Part shown: piece after piece, positions 52,399 to 64,000 of the stretch | Numbering within the stretch: the stretch's first letter is position 1 | Layout of the letters: the number at the start of each line of letters is the position of its first letter | Assembly: GCA_030141605.1 (NCBI GenBank) | Contig: JAQGDQ010000256.1 | Location: forward strand, 258,633 to 322,632 | DNA from: Tubiluchus corallicola | Lineage: Eukaryota; Animalia; Priapulida | DNA length: 64,000 nt | Reading direction: 5' to 3' | Made by a program: the position numbers and the translations under genes | The notes under the pieces: model-generated | Databases searched by the model: none | What the model saw: the letters and a program-made list of their open reading frames with translations, nothing else | What the model was told of the DNA's origin: nothing

Positions 52399-53350
52399 GT
52401 GTTTTACTACATGGAATATTGATAGTTTTAATGTAAAATATATTGAACAATATTGTAAACCTTCTTAAGTGGTTTGGAGCATTTATCAGTTGTTCCAGTT
52501 AAAGATATATTATTTTTTCAGTGTTGCTTTCACTTTTATGCTATTATATCAGTAGACCCATGAAATTGCAAGTCATAATAAATTATAGGTCTACCATGCT
52601 GCACTAAATATTCCACTTTTTTAGTTGTTTTCAAATTTGTGTCTCGCTAGTGGACTTTGGAATTTGTATACTTGCAGGAGTTTACACTCCAGTGTTGTCT
52701 CTTTTTTTGCAAGCACTGCAGCTGTTGAATTATTAATGTTATATAACTTCTTTCATAATTTCTCAAATTGCAAAATATTATAGTTTTACACTTGATTTTT
52801 GTTGACTAGGCTGTAAGAAAACGGTATTAGTAGCGCCTCACTACCTGACAAATGTCGCGCAAAAAGTCTATGTAATATGTTACTTATCTGTGTAGCAGCA
52901 TTTTTTAATTGCAGTAACCAGTTTCACGGGGTTGAGTTACATGATTTGGTGTTCCAAAACTCAATATCATTTCTTAATCCATTGTTTTGTGTACTTTACT
53001 TTACATTGTAAACCTGCCTTGTATGAGAAACACTCAACTCTTGTTGACTTTGCTAGCAAAATCATTGCTTGAAATCACCTTGCTATTATTTTATTAGGTT
53101 GCCATTTCAGTAGTTTGTGAAAATACCCGTTATTATGCATTGTTGTTGTTGCACATCAAAGTAAGTTTTTAATGTGTTCCAGCACAGTATATCTCAACAG
53201 ACACCTGCACACTTTCATATCAGCTAGAGCACTGTCATAAGCCAAAGATGAATTCCCTTAATATTTTATCTTTTATCGTTAATTAATAATAGTTAAACTG
53301 TTTTGCTTAGTTTTAAATTTTGTGATATAATTGTAATAGTGATAACAAAG

Positions 53351-54434
53351 TGATGGTAAACTTAAGAGAAACCCATGCAGTATTAAGTATGTGTAAAAAG
53401 AAATTTTTAACCATGTTTCGATGTTAAGTAAATTTTTACAACGTTTCAAAATTTTTTATAACTGTCTTTCTTGAGGACTTTGACTGTAACACATCAGTAA
53501 CTGAACAAAGTGTTAATTGTGCATGAACATCACATTATGCTTGAATGTGTACTTCAAGTCTCAAACAGTTACATATTTGTTTCAGAAAGTAAGGCATATT
53601 GCTTGCAGTAAAAACACATAGGCACATGAATTCTTTGGTGGGCAAATACCGGCAATTTCCCTCCAGTTTTTTGGAATGAAGCTTTCTGCTGTCACAACAA
53701 CTTCGACTATTTTTGAACTTTCGTTTTGCACATGTTCTGGTACATGTTTTATCTTACAATACTAGTGCTACTGAAAACATTACATCTAGTCATATTGTGC
53801 ATCTTCCCTTGATTTGTTGGCTAAGAGGCTTTGCTCTAGCTCTGCTTTTTACACTACAGCATCTTCTTTGTGTGTTGTTATTCTTTAATGATTTTTCGAG
53901 TTGCTACATAATACAGTTGTTATGAGTTGATTGTATTTAATTAGCCACTCCTTCTGTATTATTATAGTTAGCACATGTATCGACCTTACCATACTTATTT
54001 TACTCTGCTTGTGAATCCATACACATGTACAAAATAGATGACACTCTATCTTGTCCAAATGTTAGGTGCAAACTTTGGTTTTTCTCCTTGTTCGTCTTGC
54101 ATCTTTAGCGTTTGGATAATGTACCATTTGTTGCACCGTTGACTTGCTTGGTTTGCTTAGTCTCTTTAGATTTCATTGGCTGGTTTCTTGCAGGTCACTA
54201 CAGTTTCTATTTGGATTTAACTGTTCTATCTAACTTTGTTTTAATTTCATTTCTAGGACTCGAATGTTTCAAGTTGCTCAACTACTACAACTGATTCTAA
54301 TTCACTTAAGAAAGGTGATTTGAGTAACTGTATTGTCAGAGTTCAAGATAGTCATCATTATCAATTTTGCCGTTTTGGTCAAAGCTTTTTCCCTTTCTTG
54401 GTTTTTATAAACTTCGACTTTGTTGAAGACACTC
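53351..54434 (+). repeat. Left arm of a long inverted repeat (at least 1084 bp)
   Basis: Base-by-base reverse-complement match to 62917-64000 with 8 substitutions and no indels. The outer limit is set only by the window edge. Confidence 0.97.
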
Positions 54435-54724
54435 GTATTGTCACATTTTGTTCAAGTGGTCTGCTGCTGTTAATTTGCCAACAATTCCTGCAGAAGGAGA
54501 CAACCAGCACTGTTTTGTACTTACATATTGACATATGTTACCATATTTGGATTATTGTTTGGAAGGATTATTGTGTGGCATAGGAAAGAATGGTTTTTAA
54601 GATCGTGTGCCACTTTGTCATAAATTGTGAGTCACACGTTTATAAATTTTGCCATTGTATACTTCGCCAGTTATAGATTTCACCAGTGCAATCTTTGCCA
54701 GCTGTATGTTTTCCCAGTACAAAA

Positions 54725-54895
54725 CCAACACTACACCATGCCAGCTTACTATACTACACCACATCCACCACAACAACAATCCATTCACTACACTTACTAT
54801 ACCATAACATAACACACCAGACTCGCCACATTACACGGTGATCATGATGATGATAATGATGACACCGACAGCACTAACATCAACACCACAGCAGC
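54725..54895. repeat. Degenerate CAC(T/C)A pentamer and GAT/CAA low-complexity tract
   Basis: cactacaccat...ctacaccacatccaccacaacaacaat...gatgatgataatgatgac. Confidence 0.6.
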
Positions 54896-57800
54896 AAAAC
54901 CATGAAAACATTTTGTACAAAGTTAAAATTGTGTGCTATAAAAAATGCTATTATGTTTACCAATGATCAATAATGCATGAACATTCTACATTGTGTCCGT
55001 TTACGGTTCTTGCGCTTTAATAGACTGTTAGAAATCATTGCATTTATCTAACACAAAGCCAGCAACGGAGTTTACGTAAGTAAAGTTATAGGCAGAGTAC
55101 AGTGGAATGACCTCAGAACAATGCAGTGCGTCAGCAGTTTTCTGAGCACGATTTACCCGATATGCAACTTCCAATCAACTTGTAGCCATTCCTCCTGGTG
55201 GAGGCATCTAAGCACGACCCACATCGATGCATAGCCCTCTTCTCCTTCCTGTTCTTCTTGCCAAAGAGCTAAATATATCTTCCCAAAAGTGCCACCAGAC
55301 GCCGCTAGAACATACAGGGTGTTCTATCAAAATTTCAGAACAATTAGAAGGGTCCGGAAAAACGCCTGTTGTGTGAAACTAATATATATATATACAAAAC
55401 CCTATACCACCCAATAATTGTAAGATGTGATACATTTTTAGAGAATTTCATTTCTTGTGTGGTTTTTGCACCAACATGTCTTACCAGTACTCATTCTGCC
55501 CAGTATTGGTCAATTTGCTTGTAAAGGCTGTACTGTTAACTTTATATAAGCCACTGTGATAAAATACCTGTAAAATGAGAGATGCTCACAAACTGTGTTA
55601 CGTAAATTATTAATGTTGACATATAAAGGTAATATTATTATAATTATGCTGAAATGTACACTGGTAAAATGTAAAACTGGCAAAATGTGCGTTGGGGAAC
55701 TATACAACTGGCAAATGGCTCTAGCCACTTAGGCTACTTGGTGGAGTGTGCATTGTTGAAACCTAACTTTTAAATTTTAGAACCAAATTTGAGTGAGTTT
55801 TCAAGTTTATTGTGACCCATATACCATACACGTGAACTATTATTTTTGCCATTTTAATTCTGTTAAGAGTTAAAAATTGTATTGTTTTATCAAATAACAC
55901 CATTATTTTTGGTGACCGTATATGCAAGTTTTCATACACATTGCAATTGACGGTCTACACTGTGAACAATAATTACTCCCACATCTTGGTAAAATCATTT
56001 GTGGCTCTGTCAAAATCAAGGTTCTTACTAGAGGCCTAAGTAAAAATAGTGGCTAGAATTTTCTATAAAATTCTCTTCTGGACATTAAAATCCCACTCTC
56101 AAAGATTCAAATGTTAACAAAATTTTCATAATGTGCAGTTAAACTGTGCATTTTCTTTTTTTTTGACGTGTGCAGTATATGTAGAGAAGCAAGTTACTGG
56201 TTTGTTAGTAACTTAGTGAGATTACTGTTGACAGTGTAAACTGCTGATGAGAAGAATACTTACACAACAGACAGAGTTGAAAATAGATACTTTTCATTTC
56301 AATTAGTTGCCCCTGTAGGCTTGTATTGCACTTTCCTGTGATAGCTGGCATTTTCTGTTACTTTGAAGCACAAGCATGTATAGTTTAATGTTTTTGTAAT
56401 CAGTATTGTTCTTTTCCACTTGAAAACATTTGTTGCATAGTTTAGAAAGCGTAACTTTGTATTTCGCTTTTACATGTAATGGACTTTGTCGACTATGAGT
56501 AATTGGATTTCTAATGTAAGCACTGTTTTAATTTGTAAGCTAGTTGTTCATGTATATACAAGCATACACTAAGTTTAGTCATGTATTTAAATGTACATAG
56601 ATAACTGCAATGCAGAGCTTAACCCGTCAAAAGTAAGGTCATATTGTATCTGTTGTAAATTTTGTCTACAAGACTGATGCACCAATATTCAAATTACATT
56701 GTATATATTTTGTAAATACCGTCTGCGGCACCGTATGTTTATGTGGTCTTTGCAAGCCGCTGTTGTTGTTACTGTTTTTGTTGATGTAACTATATTTGCA
56801 CAAATTTAGTCCTATAAATTTAAATAAAAAATCAAAAACAATTTTCGTTTGTTATTGTTGACTTTCTCTTTTCGTTTTTAAAGAACTTGTTCGAGTTCAA
56901 ATCACGTTAATTTTTTCTCCTCAACCATCCTTCTGCTATGTGACTCTTCAACATACATTTGAACTGTCAAATCATGCTAAGTACGAGTATGGCCCTGTAA
57001 TATGTATTTGTCCTGTAGCCATTTGCTTAAATGGAAACATTAATTGCATTTGAAAATGAAATGCGACTTTGTGTTTGAACGTATTGTTGTTTTATGAGTT
57101 GTCTGAATTTGTAATACATGTACATGTATTATTAGTAATTTTTGTTGTCAAAATTCTTTTTAAAACCCACATTGTAAAGATGCCAAATCGGGTAGAAAAC
57201 GTGATTCATATGCAGAATTAATTTGATAGTAATTACTAATACAAAGTTTCTTATCTCTTTGCAAAAATTAAAGATCTTTGATTAAGAAACTATAATGTTG
57301 CTCATTCTTGCTGCATCAGTTTAGTACTAAGGTTCTGAACTGGAATGTTTGTGCACAAAGATCTAGCCTATGATAATCTTTGAACCCTGTAGCAGATATC
57401 ATGTACACATATCATATCGACTGCTAATGCATGTAGTCTAGGTACACACAGCAAGATATTAGTTTAGGGTGTGTTTTTTTTAAACCAAAATCAGGTTGTA
57501 ACCAAAAGCTTATATTTTGTATGCACAATCAGATTCTTTTTATTCGGGATAGCCGACATGAAATAACAAGCTAATCAATAACAGTTACATCAACTTCAAT
57601 ATAATCACTCAATTGCACAGATAACTTTTACTCCTGAAAAAATTTAGTAAATTCAATTTTCTTTTCATTGCAATTTTATTCCATTACATTCAACTGACAT
57701 CAAAGAAGTAATATTTATCATCCTTTGGGTTTTTTTTGGATATTTGTGAAAACCTGCCATGTGATTCATTTTTCTTTTATGTAGCTGACTGTTATAATTA

Positions 57801-57906
57801 CTGTCAATGATTAGTTTTTTCATTACAAATAACTGAAAATAACAAGATCATCACAGTGTTCCTAACATTCACCAGATACCCAGTTTAATTATTTACATTT
57901 TCTTTA

Positions 57907-60900
57907 TTATGTTTGTCCGTCTTGTAAATCCTTGTCTACCAGGAAGGCACCAATGCCATTTCCGACACGCTCCAGTTTTCGAGCCAGTGTCGAAAGTTGC
58001 TTCATGCTTCGATACTGCTCCTCCAGATAATGCTCCTCTAAGAAATCGGTCATCTGGAATACAACCAATGAAAGTTACAGCCACACCTTACAGGATGCAC
58101 TTAAAGTGATTAGGCTACCATTTGGACTGTAGTCCATAGAGAGGTTTAAATTGATCAAGGTGGCCACTCTTATCAGCGCTGTCCAAGGCCACTGCCACCA
58201 ACCGTTACTAGTAATAGATTTCACGGTTAACTGTTACGTGTATGTGAAGTGAAGCTTGATAACTACATAAAAAAGAAAATCGCATGGTGAGATGATGGAC
58301 CATAGCTAGGCAGTAGGAGCATGGTTCCTACAATAATGATGTTAATAATGAGAGTGGTTGGTACATGCCACTACAGCACCATGTCACTAACTGGCAGTAT
58401 TTAGCGATTGGTATTAATCATGGTGATGATGATAACAATTTGATGATGATGCTGATCCTAGTAACGACGGCAGGGGATGGTTACGACAGTAAATTAGAGA
58501 AAGACAACATTAAAGGCGTAGAGTAGCAATAGAATATTCAGCAAACTATGAACAGATAATCATGGGGATTGGTGTTAATAATAAGTCAATAATTATAATG
58601 CATGTTGGTGTTCATAAACGTAAAAATAATCATACTTACATGTGGGTCGTTGTTTGAATCAGCCTTGCCATGTAATTGTAATAAATGCTCTAGCAGCTCT
58701 TTCTCTAGATCCAATGCAGTCAGGACAGCTTCCAATGGTGTTCCCCAGATGTTAGTTTTTGGTGGCTAAAAAGTTTTTAAAGAATTAGAATTTGCTCAAT
58801 TAACAAGTAAGCTACAGCCGGCACTTCCAGTCAGTGTTATCATGGTGTAAAAGATCAAGCATTGCAAACTCAGAAATTTGCAATGCAACAAGCAGCTTTG
58901 TGTATTAGTTATTATATTTTTAATGTTAAGATTATTAATTGATTACCCATGGAAATTTCCGATTCAAATCAAGAATAAAAAATTATTAGCTTAGACTCAC
59001 TAGTATGAGTGATCTAACGTATACAGGACATGCTAAATTTGACTGGGAGACTAAAAGGAATAAACTGTGGGCTGTCTTGATCACTGGGGAATATGGTGGG
59101 CTACTAGTGTGAAGCATCCGTTTTGTAAGCACAAGGTTCGTGGTTCAAATCCAGGGTGTGTTACACCTTTTTCACATTTCCTGTCTTTCAAATTTGGTAT
59201 TAAGATTTAATTAATTGTGAATTGGAACCAGCCCAGTATATCATTGGCATTCACTGACCATTAGATCTGTTTCTTCAAAAACCCATGATGTTATAACAGC
59301 AATTAATAATTCACTGTTTTTTTTGTTGAAGTTTCATTAGTCATTGCCTGATGATGATATGCAAAACGAATTTCAGTGCTACATTATACCAATACTTTTT
59401 TAAGATTGTTAATTTATTCAGCTATTGTTGTTTACTCCCTGTTGATTGTATGGTATCCTAATGTACATAAGTACACAATCTGGTTTAGTGATCCAGATAC
59501 ATTTGCAAGACAGACAGCAAATAATTAATGTATCCACAATGATGATTAGATTAAATTCTAATCATTAGAATCTATGATACAGGTTTCTGAACGATCACAG
59601 TGCATTAGCATTCAGTGACTGCTGATATCCCTAAACAGCGATAAACAGTCTTTCCCATGTCTTCACGCACGTATTTATCCATGTTTGGCAAACCCTGGAC
59701 AAATTCTACATTATTTGCCAATTCATTTCAATCAAATAATGACCTTTACCAGAGATCGAGGTGATGATGGTCACTAGACGAATGAAATTGGTTATTGCAC
59801 TTGTAACCGTGTTTTAATTACGAAAATAAGGAACTGCATGATTGGCCATTGATTCGTCATCAGGTTCCTGGGTTCGGAAATTTGCCTAAAAATTGTAACA
59901 AATGAAATTTGCAATAAAATGTAAATTTGCTCGTCCCAAAATTTTCTGTTGAAATGTGCTTAAGTTTGTATTTGATTTACGAAATGACACTCACCTACCA
60001 GAACACTACACCTAGCCCACATGTAAACAAAGAATTTTATAATTTCCGCCAAGCCTAGAGAACTTACTGGTATTCTTTTAAATTCAGCTGTTCCTCCTCT
60101 TAGGTTGATGTATTCATAAATCTTGTGAGCATGCTCCCTCTCTTCATCTGACATTTCCTTAAAAAACTTTGCAAATCCTGGAAGGGCTAGGTCATCCCTT
60201 GAGAAATAAACATACTGAAAAAGAATTTACTGACGTTATTATGAATGTCAAAAGTCGAATCTATGTCCTCCTGTTCCCGATATGCAGTTCAAACCAAAAT
60301 GGAAGCAAATTTCAGAAATGAATTTCAACACCACTGTTTTTTTTTAATTACATTGCAACTCAAAAGATTCTCAAGCATTTGAACGTTGTTAATTCATTGG
60401 TACCATTTCCCCATTCAGAATGTTTTTTGCTCAGGTGGACATTTCTAACTCATGTGATCAGTGAGTCAAGTGACGTACCATTAATTCAACTATTAATTTT
60501 GTATTTTACATCATAACAACACATCATTTATTAATTTCTAGCTCATTTTAGCTTTATATTAGCATTCAGTTACAGCGTATAATTACATTAGCATTTTCTG
60601 TGGGTTTTTTCACATGTACATATTAATCTATCGTCCTCTCACTCATTTGTCTGTCACTTGTTAGGTGACAGTCATTTTCAAACAAAACAAAGGAGCTTTT
60701 GTCTGTCCACTTATGTTCCTTTCTTTCCTCGATCGTTCAACTACGCGTCTATCCAGCGAGCACCCATCCTTCCATTTACTAATTCGCTCACCCATCTTCT
60801 CACATGCAGTCCTCCACTCACTCATTTACTCCAAAGTCATCCATTTACTCTCCGTTTACGAGAACCATCTTACTTTCTGGTTTGTTTATTCATCGGTTTT

Positions 60901-61930
60901 ACAACAGTTTCATCAGAAAGAGAGAAAGCTTTGACCGTCATTTACTCACCCATTAGGGATGACATTCGAACATAGATTCGAATGATTCAGCAGTTAAACT
61001 ACATATATTCTTTATCATTAATACGTTTGAAACAGTGCAATTTTTTAGCTAATGCAATTATTAGTGAATGCATCGATTCAGATTCAAAAATGTCGAAATT
61101 TGGTTTGATTCGAGCTCATTTTCTAGTAGAGAATGTTCACCCCCTATTGTCCATTCAATAATAATTTGCTTTATTGTTTTATTTAAATTTTAATAATTCC
61201 TTTTTCATGGTAAATTAGTCAAGCATGCACATGTGCTCTTGCTAAAAACTAATTTTTTATTCAAGTAGTTGTTAGTGCGTTGATTTCTTTCTTTTAATTT
61301 GTTTCTTTTGTCACTTGTCCATTTGCTAATTTTAACTTGTGCATAGGCATGGATATTTTGCCTATATCCATATTAACATGAATATTCTGGTTTTACAATG
61401 AATTGTACTAAAGCAGCTAGGTGAGGCTTCTTTTGCTAAAGCCATACGTGATCACTAATTGCTTGACAGTGATGAGCATACGCACGCCACAAATTATACA
61501 TAATTTAAAAAATCTTACCATTGACTGGTAAACATGGCTTGCATAACTTTCTTTGTTAGCTTGTTCATTAAGGTCGATTTCACATTCCGTATGAAAATTA
61601 AATCTAATTCGACTTTCCTCATAGATTTCATTGGAATCTGAAAAACAAATCAATAATGTAATCAAACAGGCCGGTCATAACACACCAGCATGAAAAGCAG
61701 TGAGCACAATGCAATCTACTAAGATAAATCAATCTGAGCATCAGGTTTTTTAATTAGATTACATTAATTTTTTCTTATAAACAGTATTCTTGTTGACTGC
61801 AAAAGTTGTACTGCAGCACAACACATTTTTAAATTATACTCTACGAATTTAAAAACTTAATAAAATGTGACTTACAGGTAGCGCAGCTAACAAATCCAAC
61901 GCAGGCAAGACAGATTATCAAGTACTTCAT
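57907..61930 (-). CDS. Secreted ferritin (H-type ferroxidase residues plus signal peptide), 5 exons, 197 aa
   Basis: Minus-strand exons: 61930-61876 ([18 protein letters not shown], signal peptide), 61637-61519 (..[29 protein letters not shown]), 60214-60068 ([41 protein letters not shown]..), 58765-58640 (..[25 protein letters not shown]) and 58053-57907 ([48 protein letters not shown]). All introns are GT-AG; the total is 594 nt in one frame. Confidence 0.93.
59095..59180 (+). mobile_element. tRNA-derived SINE relic in ferritin intron 3
   Basis: aagcacaaggttcgtGGTTCAAATCCagggtgtgttacacctttttca; the B-box and its surrounding context are shared with the other two copies. Confidence 0.5.
60954..61146. 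mobile_element. Small degenerate hAT-like MITE in ferritin intron 2
   Basis: Ends tagggatgacattc / gaatgttcacccccta with multiple internal attcga motifs. The flanks tcacccat / ttgtccat match at only 5 of 8. Confidence 0.4.
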
Positions 61931-62031
61931 GATGAATGTGACTTAGCAACAACAATTATTTCAGTAGAAGGTGTAGTGCATATACTATGGTCAGGCTGAT
62001 TCTAAACTCTGAAGCGTCAGCAACAGACGAG

Positions 62032-62038
62032 TTATATA
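62032..62038 (-). promoter_or_regulatory. Candidate TATA box of the ferritin gene
   Basis: The minus strand reads ccTATATAAc about 100 bp upstream of the ferritin ATG (61930). Confidence 0.45.
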
Positions 62039-62357
62039 GGCAAGTTCAACATCTTGGCCAAAATAAACATCAGCTGGTAGGCCAACTAATAAACAGTTTG
62101 AGCAAGTTATCTGAACAGAAGTGTACAATCTGTGCACTGGTAAACAGTTGCTGGTCAAGGATTCCATCTAGGCTGCGATTAGGCCTGACTTAGATTTATA
62201 GATAAATACGCTATTATTTGTGCATACATTATTCGTAAACAGGCAATATATAGTGCAAATACTCTACACAGCAAAAAGAACTGTGCATGACTTAAACAGC
62301 AGCACTATTGATAAAGAATAAATCTAAATAGCAAAAAGAAAGAAGACGCAGAGAAAG

Positions 62358-62362
<5 letters not shown>

Positions 62363-62402
<40 letters not shown>

Positions 62403-62438
62403 AGGGATAGAAAGAGAGAGGGGAGAGAAAGAGAGAGA

Positions 62439-62499
<61 letters not shown>

Positions 62500-62519
62500 A
62501 GGGAGAGAAAGAGAGAGGG

Positions 62520-62553
<34 letters not shown>

Positions 62554-62563
62554 GGGAGGGGGG

Positions 62564-62639
<76 letters not shown>
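62363..62639. repeat. (GA)n polypurine microsatellite, ~280 bp, with G-runs
   Basis: Direct reading; almost purely purine on the plus strand. Confidence 0.97.
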
Positions 62640-62641
<2 letters not shown>

Positions 62642-62916
62642 CCTGAACTATGCATGTAACAACTTCAACATAAAAAATCTGCTTCTTCATTAAGTTACTT
62701 TTATCACTGCTAAGAGTGCCTTTTGGGGTTTTCTCTTTGGGATATTCATCCTATGCTTTTTGGCGTCTTCTTACTTTAATGATGCGTTGACTAAGGTTAT
62801 AAGACCTGTGTAACGTTCCTATCACCTCTACTATAGTGATAAAACTATAACACTCTGTGCGCACTTGGCGGAAGAATATAGCAAAATCTTCTCCAATACT
62901 GATCCAATTTGACATT

Positions 62917-64000
62917 GAGTGTCTTCAACAAAGTCGAAGTTTATAAAAACCAAGAAAGGGAAAAAGCTTTGACCAAAACGGCAAAATTGATAATGATGAC
63001 TATCTTGAACTCTGACAATACAGTTACTCAAATCACCTTTCTTAAGTGAATTAGAATCAGTTGTAGTAGTTGAGCAACTTGAAACATTCGAGTCCTAGAA
63101 ATGAAATTAAAACAAAGTTAGATAGAACAGTTAAATCCAAATAGAAACTGCATTGACCTGCAAGAAACCAGCCAATGAAATCAAAAGAGACTAAGCAAAC
63201 AAAGCAAGTCAACGGTGCAACAAATGTTACATTATCCAAACGATAAAGATGCAAGACGAACAAGGAGAAAAACCAAAGTTTGCACCTAACATTTGGACAA
63301 GATAGAGTGCCATCTATTTTGTACATGTGTATGGAATCACAAGCAGAGTAAAATAAGTATGGTAAGGTCGATACATGTGCTAACTATAATAATACAGAAG
63401 GAGTGGCTAATTAAATACAATCAACTCATAACAACTGTATTATGTAGCAACTCGAAAAATCATTAAAGAATAACAACACACAAAGAAGATGCTGTAGTGT
63501 AAAAAGCAGAGCTAGAGCAAAGCCTCTTAGCCAACAAATCAAGGGAAGATGCACAATATGACTAGATGTAATGTTTTCAGTAGCACTAGTATTGTAAGAT
63601 AAAACATGTACCAGAACATGTGCAAAACGAAAGTTCAAAAATAGTCGAAGTTGTTGTGACAGCAGAAAGCTTCATTCCAAAAAACTGGAGGGAAATTGCC
63701 GGTATTTGCCCACCAAAGAATTCATGTGCCTATGTGTTTTTACTGCAAGCAATATGCCTTACTTTCTGAAACAAATATGTAACTGTTTGAGACTTGAAGT
63801 ACACATTCAAGCATAATGTGATGTTCATGCACAATTAACACTTTGTTCAGTTACTGATGTGTTACAGTCAAAGTCCTCAAGAAAGACAGTTATAAAAAAT
63901 TTTGAAACGTTGTAAAAATTTACTTAACATCGAAACATGGTTAAAAATTTCTTTTTACACATACTTAATACTGCATGGGTTTCTCTTAAGTTTACCATCA
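62917..64000 (-). repeat. Right arm of the long inverted repeat (truncated by the window end)
   Basis: Reverse complement of 53351-54434; the duplicated short ORFs in the track (53713/63426, 54112/63057, 54320/62831) reflect this. Confidence 0.97.

Noticed and set aside
53713-54583. Duplicated short ORFs (also at 62831-63638) as a duplicated gene
   Set aside because: They start at non-ATG codons and lack recognisable motifs; their identity merely reflects the inverted repeat.
55313-55410. tacagggtgtt...aaaccctata as a Tc1/mariner mini-element (similar start at ~35035)
   Set aside because: The inverted match is too short and degenerate to define boundaries.
57666-57832. Alternative terminal ferritin exon after a ttttcag acceptor, and the idea that the ferritin is a truncated captured fragment
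   Set aside because: The translation (LFVMKKLIIDSN...) is not ferritin-like, and the genuine last exon was found at 58053-57907.
57893-58109. Track ORFs 57893-58084 (-) and 57909-58109 (+)
   Set aside because: They are wrong-frame and antisense shadows of the true ferritin exon 5 (58053-57907).
62120-62155. CAGTGC on the minus strand as an iron-responsive element
   Set aside because: The flanks do not pair into the required stem with a bulged C, and it lies upstream of the candidate TATA box.
62292-62690. Ser-Leu repeat ORFs
   Set aside because: They are translations of the (GA)n/(TC)n microsatellite.

Overview
AT-rich, intron-containing genomic DNA from an animal, most likely an invertebrate; the taxon cannot be determined from this window. 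From left to right it contains four main parts. (1) Two tandem minus-strand paralogous exons encoding GT32/DXD glycosyltransferases (8994-9919 and 14064-14995); both begin at the same homologous splice acceptor. (2) A CpG-rich putative divergent promoter near 20.6-21.1 kb. (3) A plus-strand CCDC142-like gene with 14 coding exons (26479-52382, 961 aa as I spliced it by hand). (4) A complete 5-exon minus-strand secreted ferritin gene (57907-61930, 197 aa). The ferritin gene lies in the 8.5-kb spacer of a near-perfect long inverted repeat (53351-54434 vs 62917-64000), which runs off the right edge. The introns and intergenic DNA carry a Mutator-like foldback element with a 10-bp target-site duplication (TSD), several hAT-type non-autonomous elements with 8-bp TSDs, decayed LINE 3' ends, tRNA-derived SINE relics and microsatellites. 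All gene models were derived by eye from splice signals and reading-frame continuity; no database searches were run.
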